NCBI GenBank assembly: GCA_951406725.2
Contig: OX597819.1
Coordinates: 81,592,001-81,656,000 of the forward strand
Direction of reading: 5' to 3'
Origin: Octopus vulgaris
Lineage: Eukaryota
DNA: 64,000 nucleotides
Shown piece by piece: positions 1 to 12,236 of the stretch; within the stretch, counting starts at the first letter, position 1; each line of letters opens with the position of its first letter. The position numbers and the translations under genes are program-made. A model generated the notes under the pieces. That model saw nothing but the letters and a program-made list of their open reading frames with translations, was not told the origin of the DNA and did no database searches.

Positions 1-104
1 ATCTGTGTTCGGTTTGTCCTTACACAGAGGCCATCCGGATTCCCGTTTGCGCCGTGAACAGGAATTAATCTTCTCTCTTCGCTCTTATACGCCATTTGGT
101 CTCA

Positions 105-420
105 ACTCTCCCCCCTCCTCATCTAACCCCCCTCTCCCCCCTCCTCACCTATCCTTTCTCCCCCGACCCCTACTTCTTCAGTCCTTCATCCTTTCACCCC
201 TACTCCCCTTCCCTTCTTCCCTCTTTCTCCCTCCCTCTTCCCCTTCTCTCTGCTCCCTCACTCCCTCTCTCCCCTTCTCTCTCCCCCTCTCCCTCTTTCC
301 TCCTTCATCCCCCTCCTCCCCTTCCTTCTCCCCCATCCACTCCTCTTCCCCCTTCTCCTCCCCCTCTTCTTCCCCTCCCCTTCTCTCCCCCTCTTCTCCC
401 CCTCCCCTCTTCTCCTCACT
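105..420. repeat. C/T-rich polypyrimidine low-complexity tract
   Basis: Almost exclusively C and T. Confidence 0.9.
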
Positions 421-459
421 ACACCACATGACTTTACACATCACATCACATATAATGTG

Positions 460-792
460 CCATACTAATACACACACCAACTAATACATACTAATACGTA
501 CTAATACATACTAGTACATACTAATACTTACACCAAACCTATACATACACACGTCCAGACCCCGCATACGCACTTATACTCTCTCATACACACACACACA
601 CACACCTATACATACCAATACGTACTAATACATACTAATACATACTAATACATACACCAACCCCATACATACGCACGTCCAGACCAATCCTACGCACTAA
701 TACTCTCTCATACACACACACACACCCTTATACATACTAATACATACACCAACCCTATACATACACACATCCAGACCCCTCCCACGCACTAT
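460..792. repeat. Nested tandem repeat: CATACTAATA 10-mers inside ~110-130 bp units (..CACCAACCC..GTCCAGACC..ACGCACT..)
   Basis: Three related units are visible at about 530, 655 and 747. Confidence 0.75.
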
Positions 793-961
793 TAGCTGGT
801 CCCTCAACCCTTTTATCAACCCTATTATCTCCCCTTATTTCGCTCTCGCGTCTCATGTTTGATCTTTGACCTCTGGCCGAAATCAGATCGCCATGTTGAT
901 TCGTTAGCTACTGCACGCATTTTTTTCTCTCCTTCTTTCTGTGTTTTTCTCTCTCTGTGTA

Positions 962-999
962 TCTTTCTGTTGAAGAGCGTAGGCTCGAAACGTTAAAGA
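962..999 (+). ncRNA. Minimal type-I hammerhead ribozyme-like motif (CUGUUGA core variant)
   Basis: Stem I UCUUU/AAAGA; core CUGUUGA; stem II GAGC-GUAG-GCUC; GAAAC-GUU with palindromic AACGUU stem III. Confidence 0.65.
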
Positions 1000-1250
1000 C
1001 TTGTTTTATTTATATTTCCTGAGCGCCATACTAATACAATTGTTCGTTTGTTTTCCACCTGCCTTCGTCTTTTGTTTATTTTCATAAAGCTTCCCGTTAT
1101 ATATATATATACATAGAAGGGTGGCTTATTTGTAATTTTACAACCAAAAGGCAGAAATATATACGTCACAAAAGTGACTAAGGGGACTAATCAGCACCGG
1201 TATTGCTAAAAGTAAGTGTCAAAACAACTCATAGCCACGAGAAGCACTTG

Positions 1251-2986
1251 CCGTATTTGTCGGGGTATAAGCCGCACCAGTGTATAAACCACCCTTCCCC
1301 CGATTTTCGGTCCTCGACGGGGGAAAACGTTGGGGAAACCGGGAAATAACTGGGGCTAATGAAAAGGGTGAAATGCAGGATGAATACAAACTTCAAGTTC
1401 ATGATGATTTCATACTTAACAAACATTTCTGACTGCTGTCATTGATACTCATAGTTATTAATGGAAGAAGATAAAGTCCAGCTTTTAAATGCAAGAGATA
1501 ATAAGAGAGCGTCTTTTTATTATGCGTGTTTGTATGATTTATTCATATTGTGATCTTTATATTCTTTCTTGAAAATGTATGGTCCTAAAAAGGAGCGACA
1601 CTAATGGATAGAGTCTTCACTCACAGCCTAAGAACTCTTCGTCGTCAGAAGACCTCGTTGAAGACCTCGTAGAGTTGATCGTCTGCATATGCCAGTTCAT
1701 CCTCATCATTGCTAGAGACAGAAGAGTCGGGAGAGACGGCGTCGTCTTCCCACAAGATGTCATCTTCTGTGCCGTCGAGCGCGTTGGATATGCAGCACTT
1801 CAGGAAAGTCCGCTTGATGCTGTCTTCTGAAATCTCCTCCCAGACCTTCAGGACCCACTCGCAGATCGTCCCCGAGTCGACTTTCTTTTTGCGTTCGGTC
1901 TTTGCTGTCGCCTTTGGTGCATTCACCATCCAATCCTCCTAGCTGAGCTTGAGACGGTCCTTAAACGGTTTGTTTATTGCAACATCAAAGGGTTGCAGAA
2001 AGGATGTCATTTCCTGGGGATCATTGCCACGTCGATATTCAGACGACGTATCTTCGCCTTGGTTTCTTCTGACTTGTGGCATCTGAATACGTTCAGAGCC
2101 ATGTGACTCCTTCTCTGATGCAGTCCACTGATGCGCCGCCCCTACAATAACCGAAGTTAGTCACCCAAAGTGACGGCCAGCTGCAAGGTTTCCAAACTCC
2201 TCAGCAAACCTGGAAACTGAGAGCTTGAAGGCGGTTGCGAATACTCGTCTCGGCATGATGACTTGACCGCCGTTGAACTTGAAGAGCGAAGTAGATGAGT
2301 CGCGTGGAACTTGAAGAGCGGAGTAGACGAATCAATGAAGCTAATTACGGTCTAAACAATAGGATGTAGCTTGAAAGCTTCCTTTGATCATTACCATTTT
2401 CTTTATGTATTTACGTAGATATATTACAAAAAAACCCAGTGTAGTTACCAGTACTTTAAGGACGGTAATGAATTTCCAGTTGACTTGATTTGTATTCCTT
2501 CGTAGCATTTGTGATGGCGATGAAACTTACCTTCCCCAGTTCAAAATGATTCTGAATAAAAGCACTTATTTCCCCTTGTATGAAATCATTTTTCATATTC
2601 CATTTTAATTTTCTTATTACCTAGTAAATTCATTTCATCAATCACGTTCAAGAATAAATCACAGCTCTCCCTCTCTCTTGTTTCCCTATGCGGCGAGATA
2701 AGTCTTACATCCGGGTCACCGAACAATAATTGTTTATGTCATAGTCTTGGGGATTACTGAAATAAGAATATTTAAAGTTTTTTTGTTTTTGTTTTTTTAT
2801 ACTAGTTTTACCGGCAATAATTGTAAGGGGAGCTAGTACCACGTGAATCTTGGCTAATTACATGAAATAAAGTTCGCATTTCAGACCGACTTTTCCTTGT
2901 ACCCGTGTATAAAAGGCAACCCCACCATCCACTTTTCCTGGATGTTCCCGTCGGAAAAAGTGCGGTTAATACACCGGCAAATACGG
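1251..2986 (-). mobile_element. pogo/Tigger-like DNA transposon, defective
   Basis: TIRs CCGTATTTGTCGGGGTATAAGCCGCAC / GTGCGGTTAATACACCGGCAAATACGG with TA on the right flank. The minus-strand DDE_1 remnant reads TSFLQPFDVAINKPFKDRLK...ICEWVLKVWEEISEDSIKRTFLKCCISNALDGTEDD (1645-2010). Confidence 0.85.
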
Positions 2987-5655
2987 TATCTTAATGAGAT
3001 AAATTTGCCTAGAGTTAAACACAACTCGCCTTGTCAGTTTATAAGATTACCGTAGTAATCATACACTGGTTTCATAAAAGTTAAAAGTTAAAATTATAAA
3101 TAATAAGGGTATGTTCGTGTATGTGTATGTGTGTAGCTAGAGAGAGAGGGGAGGTACATACATATATACAGGTGCGTGTCTATGTGTACAGTAGCATAAA
3201 TAGATGAAAAATATTTCCGATTAGTGAAAGACCTCTGTGAACTGGTTTCTTTCTTTTGGATATAATTTGTTCGTGAATACATTCAATCCCAGATAATACT
3301 GATGCAAGAAGAACACTGTCTGACTGAATGATGCACTGGAAAATGTTGTAGGTTCTAATCTTTTGATGTTAAGTCTACATTTCTGCACTAGCGAAATGGA
3401 CGAGGTAATTTTTATCAGTTAATATTCTTGACTTCATAGTTCTTGTCAATATATTATCTGAATTTTGTTCGATGGTTTTATATGGACTGGGCTCTAAATT
3501 CTATAAGCCATCGGCGGGCAAGTTGGCGATGGAATATCTACTTGGTTGTTCAATCAGCAATCAAATTTCTCTCGAATTATTACCTATGTCTTAAAATAGA
3601 AAGGATAATGTACTTGCTGCAATATTTGAGTGAGCGAAGAGATAGTCATTGCTGAAACATCTCTCCCTCTCTCTCTTTTTTACATCCACTCACTCTGATG
3701 AAGAGAAAGCGCCCAAAATATTAGTTTCATGACAGTTAGTGATGAGCTGGTCATTGTTGGAACACTTTCCTCCAGTGAAAGGAAGAAGATACCCCAAACA
3801 GGTTTCACAAGTGAAGTTAATCAAACTCTTCATTAATTTTTCCTGACACATAAATTCATGCGGTTTAAAACGAATTCGCTTATCATGATTCTAGTTGGCA
3901 TTTCATTAAGATGTATAAATGATCATATCATTTGCTATCATCTATTTTGAGTTCTGAAATATTCCTCCGTCTTTTAGCAAAGGCCCGGAAACGGGGTGGG
4001 GTGGGGGACAAGAGGCGCAAGTGCACCACCAAAACCTTGAAAATCTTTTGCAAACTTTCTGGACCTCTGTTGGCAACCTCTAAGCAAATTTTGTTCCCGT
4101 AAATATGTCTTTTGGACAATAGAGAACAGTAAAAAAAAAGTATACTATTGGATTTTCTTAACCTTAATCTTCACGATTGTATAATCTCATTTCTATTCTA
4201 ATAAGTACACATAACTTCGAGTATCGATAGTATTATTCCGAATTGGGCACTATTGGTACTACTTTGAAATGATCATTATTATCTGATTTCTATATCTCTA
4301 TCCTCATTTAAAAATTATTGTATCAAAAGGGTTAAATATTTTGCTCATGTTTTAATTTGTAGATGCAATCTATAGAAGTAAAACCATGGCAAAGTAAAAA
4401 AAAAAATAATAACAATGAATGAATGAATAAATAAACTATTGTATTCGTTTTTTTTATGGATTGGTCAAATTAGGAAGGGCAGCACCATTGACCCTTTTCA
4501 TGGCCTTAGTGCCAGTGGGTAGAAAAGAGAAAGTTATCATCAGACTGGAGGCTTGGCCTGAATACTTGGTACAAAGTGGGCCCTGATGAACTCACCAAAG
4601 GTCCAGGTGGGAATGTTAAACCAGGCAATAGATTAAATCTACCATCCAATTTAGTTTTCAATAACTATTTGCTTCAAATGATTATTGATTTCAAGCATTT
4701 CAAATGTTTTAAGCAAATTTTAATGTCCATTATATTTTATTTTCAATTGGGTATTGACAAACTCATTTACATTTTATTTCCTGCTGCTCAACATTTGCAA
4801 GAGAAAACAAGTCTAAATTATCCAGTCAAACAAACTAAAATAATGTCAAAGCCTGGCCGCTGAAAGAATGACTCTATTTGAAGATTATGATACTGCAGTG
4901 ATAAGGATTAGAACTATCCCCTCTTAATCTCTAAATTACATCCTGTGGGGGACATTACCACAACAATATGATAATCCTTATTTCAAACTCTTGACATATT
5001 ACATGATTAATGAGAAAAGAAGATTCTTATTTTCTTGTAACCGTCTGACTTGTTCCATGTTATAAAACAACTCTGTGATTTAAATGAGAGGGGAATAGGA
5101 AGGAATGGAATATAATCAGGCTTATGAATGTTCACTTGAAATTTTATGAACCTTTCCAAAGGTTTAAGAAGCATAATTAATGATCTTTACACACAAACTG
5201 TGTTAGGAAGATTTTTTATGCAAGAAGCAAACAATACAACTTTGTTCCAATTTCAGCTTAAGTCTGAGGTAAATAGCAAAGACTATTTACTCAGTCAGGA
5301 TCATTAATGTTGTTGTCGAATTGTTTTACTTATGTCTGCTTGACCAAATGAATAGATCAATGATATACATGTTATCAATTTAAATACTGAAGGAACAATT
5401 CATTGGTTCAGCACATGACATGCAGATATATGATATCATTATTCAGTCATCATTTTAGCTGTGCTTGACTTAAGGCATAGATTTTATAGACCCCACTATT
5501 AGGGATTATAGAAGTTTGTTCCCAGGTTCAAATATCTCTTGGAAATATTTTTTAAGTTTTTATTCTTTCCATCACGGCTTTGTGCACCAACTCACAAATA
5601 TGCTCTTGCCTGGCAAACAAAATGCATTATTAGTCATTAATTTTGACTGATTCAC

Positions 5656-5872
5656 AAGGCAGTGGGCTGGCAGAAATGCTAACACACCGGGCGAAATGCT
5701 TAGCAGTATTTCGTCTGTCTTTGTGTTCTGAGTTCAAATTCTGCCAAGGTCGACTTTGCCTTTCATCCTTTCAGGGTCGATAAATTAAGTACCAGTTGCA
5801 TACTGGTGTCGATCTAATTGACTGGCCCCTTCCCAAAAATTTCGGGCCTTATGCCTAGAGTAGAAAAGAATA
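5656..5872 (+). mobile_element. SINE family A copy (AGGCRGTGAGCTGGCAGAA...GAGTTCAAATTC)
   Basis: B-box-like GAGTTCAAATTC; 13-bp TSD TTGACTGATTCAC at 5643-5655 and 5873-5885; many homologous copies in the window. Confidence 0.85.
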
Positions 5873-6281
5873 TTGACTGATTCACGGTAAAGGAAACAAA
5901 GCTTTCTAGTTAGCTCAAAGTTGCCTTTCTTGGTATTTAGCAAACAGGTTTAATGAGTTTGATATGCATTTATCAGTCCAATCCAATAGGGAGTGTTCTG
6001 AGGTGACTATGGCCTATTGATATCTTTTTGTCTTAAGTGAAAAACTTTTTCTCCATAACAAACTGTGCCGAAAAGATTTTACGGGTTCAAATAGCTCTCA
6101 AACATATTTGAACTGATCTTATGAAATGTGTATGAATATGTGTGTGTTTGTGTTTGTGTTGTGTGTGTGTGTGTCTGTGTGTGTGTTGATGTTTTTTTTA
6201 TTTTAAGTTATAATAAAAACAATTTTACATTAATCTGAAAGTTTACTCCATACTTTTGTAGAGTACAAATTTATTATTCTT

Positions 6282-7124
6282 CAACAAGAATATTGATAGT
6301 AACTTCGAAGTTTCCGCCAGCTAACCGTCATTGGACTGTGATGTATTTAAGGTAACTTTGGCTTTATACATTATCTGTTGAGGAAAATTTTTTTCGGATA
6401 TATGGGGTTCAATTGAATGATAATTAGGTTGTATGATAGGTTGTGATGGAGAGGTGTTGTGGAGAAATTTTAATTGATTAAAATTGGGGTCATGTTATTT
6501 TTTCAGAAGTTATCGATGCATATAGAACTTTGTAATTAGGTGTGTATATTTAAGTTTATCAGCTGCAGGTCATGAGATTGTTTTATAGTGGTTCACAAGA
6601 ATAGATGTATGTAAATCAAGGGAAATTTTTTGGTCAATGGATATATCACTACTTTTAGTTAATTTTGATCTTACTGGATTTAACCTTTTGCTTTGACAAC
6701 ATAAAGGTCAAAGTTTAGTTCAGCATTTAACTTAGTAATTGAGTGTGTCAGCCTTTTTGTAATGGAATATCTAAGGGTTCATAAAAGAATGTAAGTAAGA
6801 AGTATGTTTTAATTTCTTGTTGTCAATGCTATTTTGGGCATTCCCTGTTTGTATTTGGAAGGTGGAGGTTATTAGTAGAGCATACATGCATAAATAAATT
6901 CTGAACAATAGCATAACCTCAAATTTAATAGAAATTTGTCCACGCCATCTCTCTATGACAACCTACTCTACTACCTAATTACCATTCAACTGAATCTCAT
7001 ATATCCCTCCCAAAAAGTATTATCCCAATAGAGAATAAAGCCAAGTTTAACTTAAATGCATCACAGTCCAGTGAGGGCTCCACTTGCCAAAACTTCAAAG
7101 TCACAGTCAATACTATTCTTGTTG
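6282..7124 (-). mobile_element. Decayed Penelope-like/retrozyme-like remnant with ~160-bp inverted termini carrying hammerhead-like motifs
   Basis: 6282-6440 is an imperfect reverse complement of 6960-7124. Each arm contains an acagt-CCRRTGA...RAAAC-TTCRAA-GTY motif. Confidence 0.55.
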
Positions 7125-7442
7125 TGCATGGCTGAGTGGTTACAGTATTTGGCTCATGATCATAAGGTCATGAGTTCAATTCCTGGTGCCACGTTGTGTC
7201 CTTGAACAAGGCACTTTATTCCATGTTGCTCCAGTTCACTCAGCTGGTAAAAATGAGTAATACCTGTATTGGAAAGGGCCAGCCTTGTCACACTCAGTGT
7301 CATGCTGGATCTCACTGAGAATTACGTTAAGGGCACACATGTTTGTAGAATGCTCAGCTACTTGCACATTAATTTCATGAGCAGGCTGTTCCATTGATTG
7401 GATTAACTGGAACCCTTGTCATTATAACTGATGGAGTGCCAG
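7125..7442 (+). mobile_element. tRNA-derived SINE family B, diverged copy
   Basis: A-box TGGCTGAGTGG and B-box GAGTTCAATTCC; 3' part homologous to 49270-49460. Confidence 0.7.
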
Positions 7443-7794
7443 TTTATATATAATGGTGTTGGTCAATTAGATAGTTCAGGGATAAAGTAGAAGATATTTA
7501 CCCATTGTGCTATATAATGGAATAAAACCCAGAGAATTGTTTATGATTATGAATTTATTTTTATGTATACAAGAACATCAGACAAAACACAATGGTTTGA
7601 AATCAATCACGTTTTGTTGATCTATAAAAAAAATTATTTGAATATCTTTTTGAGGCTGCTTATGATATTTTTCTGAAAATAAATAATTTTAAAAATATTT
7701 TCTATTATCTAAAAGATATTCTGTGCATATAAGAGGGTGTGTGTAAATGTGTGTATCTGTTTGAAGTCTGATTGAAAATTTATAAACCTTCAAA

Positions 7795-8065
7795 GGCATA
7801 GGCATATCTGTGTAGTTAAGCAGCTTGCTTTGCAGTCATGTGGTTTTGGGTTCTGTCCCACTGTGCAGACACTGCCCCACCTAGGGCAAGTGTCTTATAC
7901 AATACCCCCAGGCCAACCAATGCCTAGTGAGCGAACTTGGTAGATGGAAACTGTGTGGAAACTCAACGTGTAAAGACCTTTTTCAATTCCTGACCGTTAT
8001 ACTAATACATCTGTTTGTTTTGTACACCACCTGTCTTCGTCTTTTGTTTTTTTCGTGAACTCTCC

Positions 8066-8113
<48 letters not shown>

Positions 8114-8285
8114 TATTCTTTTGTCTTTTTGTTTATGTCCCCGTAACTTTGTAGTTCAGCAAAAGAGACTCAAAGAATAAGTATCAGACATTAAAAAATT
8201 AGTACTGACATCAATTTATTCAACTAAACCCTTCAAGGCAGTTCCCCAGCATGGCTATTGTCCAGTGACTGCAGCAAGTAACAAA
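7795..8285 (+). mobile_element. SINE family C with central (TG)n, carrying a PLE 3'-end fragment at 7968-8066
   Basis: Shares ...AAGCTTGCTT...GGGTTC.GTCCCACTG..GGGCAAGTGTC... and the 3' CAGCATGGC..GTCCA.TGACTG with 24560-24935, 45270-45715 and 47137-47810. Confidence 0.75.
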
Positions 8286-8469
8286 ATGCTTTGAAGCATG
8301 TAGTTTTTTGCAAAAGACATGCTTTGAACCATGTCCCTTTATGTTCAGACCACTTATCCTATTGTGGTTCACTTTGCTTTTCATCTTTACAGGGTCAATA
8401 AAATGAATTATTACTAGTCATGTACTGGAGTCATTTCATACCCACCAAACTTGATTCACAAATGTAATT

Positions 8470-8870
8470 CTCCTTCTTGATGAATTTTTGTGACAAGGTC
8501 ACTGGAAGAACATTACTCAACAGAGTGCAAAGCTCAGAAATCAAGGAATCTCCCCAGATTGAGCTGCTACTTCTTTGCATTGAGGGATTGCAGCTTCAGT
8601 CCAATGGACATATGGTTAGAAAACATAGAAATGAATCACATGATAGATTCTCTTCAAACAAAGCCAACCAGTAGGAGACCTAGGGACAGACCAAGAGTGA
8701 GGTGGTTGGACAATATCAATAGTCTCAATTGGTTATGTTTAGCAATCTAGAAAGAAAGCTTCATAGTTGCTCCTGACAGGACCCTTTGCAGAGGTGCCTG
8801 AGGATTCTACCCCAATGACTCTTTCAGGAATTGTGGATGGTGAAAAGTGAAGATAGATGAATGCACAGAA
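8470..8870 (+). mobile_element. Decayed RTE-like LINE 3' fragment
   Basis: KPTSRRPRDRPRVRWLDNI resembles the RTE C-terminal G.R.RGRP..RW.D motif. Confidence 0.55.
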
Positions 8871-9244
8871 GTTAGAGATACATTCACCTGGGAACACAGC
8901 TTTTTTAAAGTATAGAAAAATGGTTCATTCTTTATATTACTTTGTACATACCACATCATAGTTTACTGATATTGTTTAATCACTTGTTTAATCACTTTTG
9001 TTCAGAGTTTGTATATGTGTATACGTGTGTGTGTGTATGTGTGTGTGCATGTGCGTGTTTATGTGTTTGTGAGTGTAAGTGTGTGTACACATATACATGT
9101 AGTGAGAGGGTTGTGTATGTACAACAAGAACAGGAAGTGCATGTAGCAATACAGGATAGCTTTGAATAAATTAGTAAATTCTACCACATGTACTAAATAC
9201 ATTTTTCTCTTGTTTGTAGATCAAAATACACACATGCACACACA

Positions 9245-9302
9245 TAGACAGAGAAACAGACAAATAGACAGACAGACAGACAGATAGGCAGGTAGATAGA
9301 TT

Positions 9303-9336
<34 letters not shown>

Positions 9337-9348
9337 TAGACAGATAGG

Positions 9349-9429
<81 letters not shown>

Positions 9430-9441
9430 CACACACACACA
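9245..9441. repeat. (GACA)n/(GATA)n microsatellite
   Basis: Direct reading. Confidence 0.95.
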
Positions 9442-10106
9442 TACCATAAGATTAAACAAAAATATGCAATAAAACTATATAATATTCTTTATAAAAATAT
9501 ATATCAGCTTAGTACTGAACAACATTTTTTATTTATTTATAGCAGGATATTACATTTTGATAGAAGCTATCCTGTCTATATTATTAGATATAACACAGAT
9601 TTATTAAATAATAATATAATACCCTTATACTACACACTGCTATAATTCTTATGATCACAGATGGGGGAACCATTGTAAGCATTACAGGTACACATCTATT
9701 TTTATTTCAGTTTCGTCGTAATTTATTCTCATGAACAATCTTGTTATTCTAAATGAACTGTCTATTCCTCTCATCCTCTGCCACTCACACAACCATCTCC
9801 AATGCCACTTCTAAACCAATTTGGAAGTGTTTTGTGCTCAGCCTCATTCTTCTCTAAACACATTTGGCCTCAAGCCTAGTTTCTAAATTCATTTCTCTGA
9901 TATTGTTATTTACCACTGCCACCACTTCCTCAACTTACTTTATGTAATATTGCTCCTTTTTTCTCCCTTAATGTCCAGTATGCATAGGCATTTTGATGCT
10001 ACAGCCCAGTTTATTGTGTTGTAGAAACCATGATTCAGTCTGGTGAGAAACTGTGTAAATGACTTCCCAGCTATACTATCTATACCCATTCCCATCTCTC
10101 TCTCTC

Positions 10107-10181
<75 letters not shown>

Positions 10182-10249
10182 CCCCCTATCTATCTATCTG
10201 TTTATCTACATCTATATTTTTATCTATCTATGCACCCAAACATCTTATA

Positions 10250-10444
10250 TCTTTTACTTGTTTTAGTCATTGGACAATGGCCATGCTGGGGCACTGCCCT
10301 GAAGTTTTTTAGTCAAGTGAATTGACTATAGTACTTAATTTCTTAAAACCTGGAACTTATTATATTGATCCTTTTGCTGAACCACTAGGTTACAGGTACA
10401 CATACAAGCCAACACCAGCTGTAGTGGCGATAAATACATATACA

Positions 10445-10480
<36 letters not shown>

Positions 10481-10645
10481 TGATGGACTTTTTTCAGTTT
10501 CCATCTACTAAATCTACTTACAAGGCTTTGGTCAACCTGAGGCCATAGTAGAAGACACTTGTTCAAGGTGCCCTGCAGTGAGATTGAACCCAGAACTATG
10601 TGGTTTAGAAGAAAACTTCTTACCATACAGCCATAGTTGTACCTA
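10250..10645 (-). mobile_element. SINE family C copy
   Basis: Reverse complement of the family C pattern with a central (CATA)n. Confidence 0.7.
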
Positions 10646-10721
10646 TATATATAATAAACATGAAGAAAATGGAGAGTATATAGATATAAATTAATTTATT
10701 AACACATAGTTGATTAAAAAT

Positions 10722-10825
10722 GCTTACAATTGTCTCAATTTTACTCAATTCTAATTACAAATTTATTAATAAAATAAAATAAAATTTGCATTTAGAATAT
10801 TATATGATTAAAATCTCTTCAGGGC
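10722..10825 (-). ncRNA. Hammerhead ribozyme copy in the 3' pLTR, likely inactivated (GAAA>GAGA)
   Basis: Reverse complement GCC-CUGAAGA-GAUUUUA...UAAAAUU-GAGAC-AAUU-GUA-AGC. Confidence 0.7.
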
Positions 10826-11580
10826 TAATTGACATAAAAGGATTGCATGTTGTTAGGTTGAGATTTTAAAACAGACTGAATAAATGAAGATATATTTATA
10901 TAAGAAAATAAAATAAACAAAATAAAATACGAATAAAACTGAATAAAACAAAATACAAATAAAATTGAATAAAACAATATAGCTATTATAGATGCATATG
11001 TCTATAGATTTTACTAATTTGTGTGTGTGTGTGTGTATGCATGTTTGAAAGAATAGATGAATTAGTTTATTTGTTTATGCTTGTGTGCATTAGTATTTTA
11101 AAATAAAGATAATACATTATCTGTATGTATTATTTCAAATAAAGGAACCATTAAAGTTGGATATACATTAATATCTAATATGCTTACCAGTAAGATTGTT
11201 AATTAATAGATATTATTAATTATCAATTATTAATTGATTATTAAATTCATGGATATAAAACAATAGATATTATCATTAATTTGAACTTACAATTTAGTCT
11301 TAATGATTATTTGAAATTATTTTATCAATTTAATTTGTATTAATCCAGGGTGTAGTATAATGTGTATCACATAATCAGGTTGGGTATTTAATATAAAGAA
11401 TTCGTGTTTTACATCATCAAAAATTGTGTTGTTATTGTTAGACCTTTATTTTGTTTATAGATTAAAAGACATGTACTATCATAACATTCAATCTAACATA
11501 ATATAATATAATATACTCTATTTATTATTTAATTTTATTGAACAATACCAAATTATATTTTATCTAATTTAATTGTACTT

Positions 11581-12132
11581 TCAAAATATATATTTAGAGG
11601 AATGTTTACAGGATAAAACAGATTCTTGTTGGTTATTAGGAAGTTTAAGCTTCGAAGTCAAGATTTGGTAAATTTTATCAATGCATAAGTTACAGCGTCT
11701 TTTACCAGTATAGGGTTTAGCATGACTAGCAATTTTCCACTTACGTTTATAATCCTTATTATTATCTTTTAGCTTCCAAATAAATTTGCTTAGACTGGTA
11801 CTATTTAATTTATTCTTATTCTTAAATGTGAATTCGTGGTTTGTGATTCTATGCTTTATGAAATTCTCAGTAGATCCAATATAAAAATAATATCTACCTT
11901 CAGATTCAACCCTACATCTATAAATTACATTATTATGCTTATATAAATTATTAAAATAAGATTTTTCCTTAAATTTACAATAACTTCTTTTATTATTATC
12001 ATTTATCCTATAATTAGTACCCATATTACTAATGTTTATTGTATTAGCTATTATAACATTATTTATAGCTTTATTGTTAAAAAGGGAGTCTACATGTGTT
12101 ACTTCCCTTCTATCTTTTGATGATTTCGTCAT
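11581..12132 (-). pseudogene. PLE GIY-YIG endonuclease domain remnant
   Basis: NVIYRC...FYIGSTENFIKHRITNHEFTF...NSTSLSKFIWKLK...WKI...KPY...RCNLCIDK...CKH. Confidence 0.85.
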
Positions 12133-12236
12133 ATCATTACTGGAATATTCAAATAGATATTCATTAAATCAATATTATTCTTATTTCTTTTATTATAGAA
12201 ATTATCTGATTTTTTTGTTATTAATTGAAGCAATTA

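Larger units (their letters stand above)
1..1098 (+). mobile_element. 3' end of Penelope-like retroelement (GIY-YIG C-terminus, C-rich and tandem-repeat 3' region, hammerhead), ending at (TA)n
   Basis: Frame 5..110 reads ...RLRREQELIFSLRSYTPFGLN, matching the R..RE...I..L.T..P.GLN C-terminal motif of PLE GIY-YIG endonucleases. A hammerhead-like motif lies at 962-999 and (TA)n starts at about 1098. Confidence 0.7.

Noticed and set aside
110-484. Pro/Ser-rich and Glu/Gly-rich ORFs
   Set aside because: Translations of a polypyrimidine tract; only the first ~35 codons of 5..484 are meaningful (PLE EN end).
3290-3770. Scattered CTGATGA/GAAAC words (3299, 3654, 3695, 3739)
   Set aside because: No consistent stem I/II/III arrangement; at most heavily decayed.
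9171-9459. IYLS/YIYI/CVCV/HTHT/LSLS ORFs here and throughout the window
   Set aside because: Stop-free microsatellite translations, not genes.
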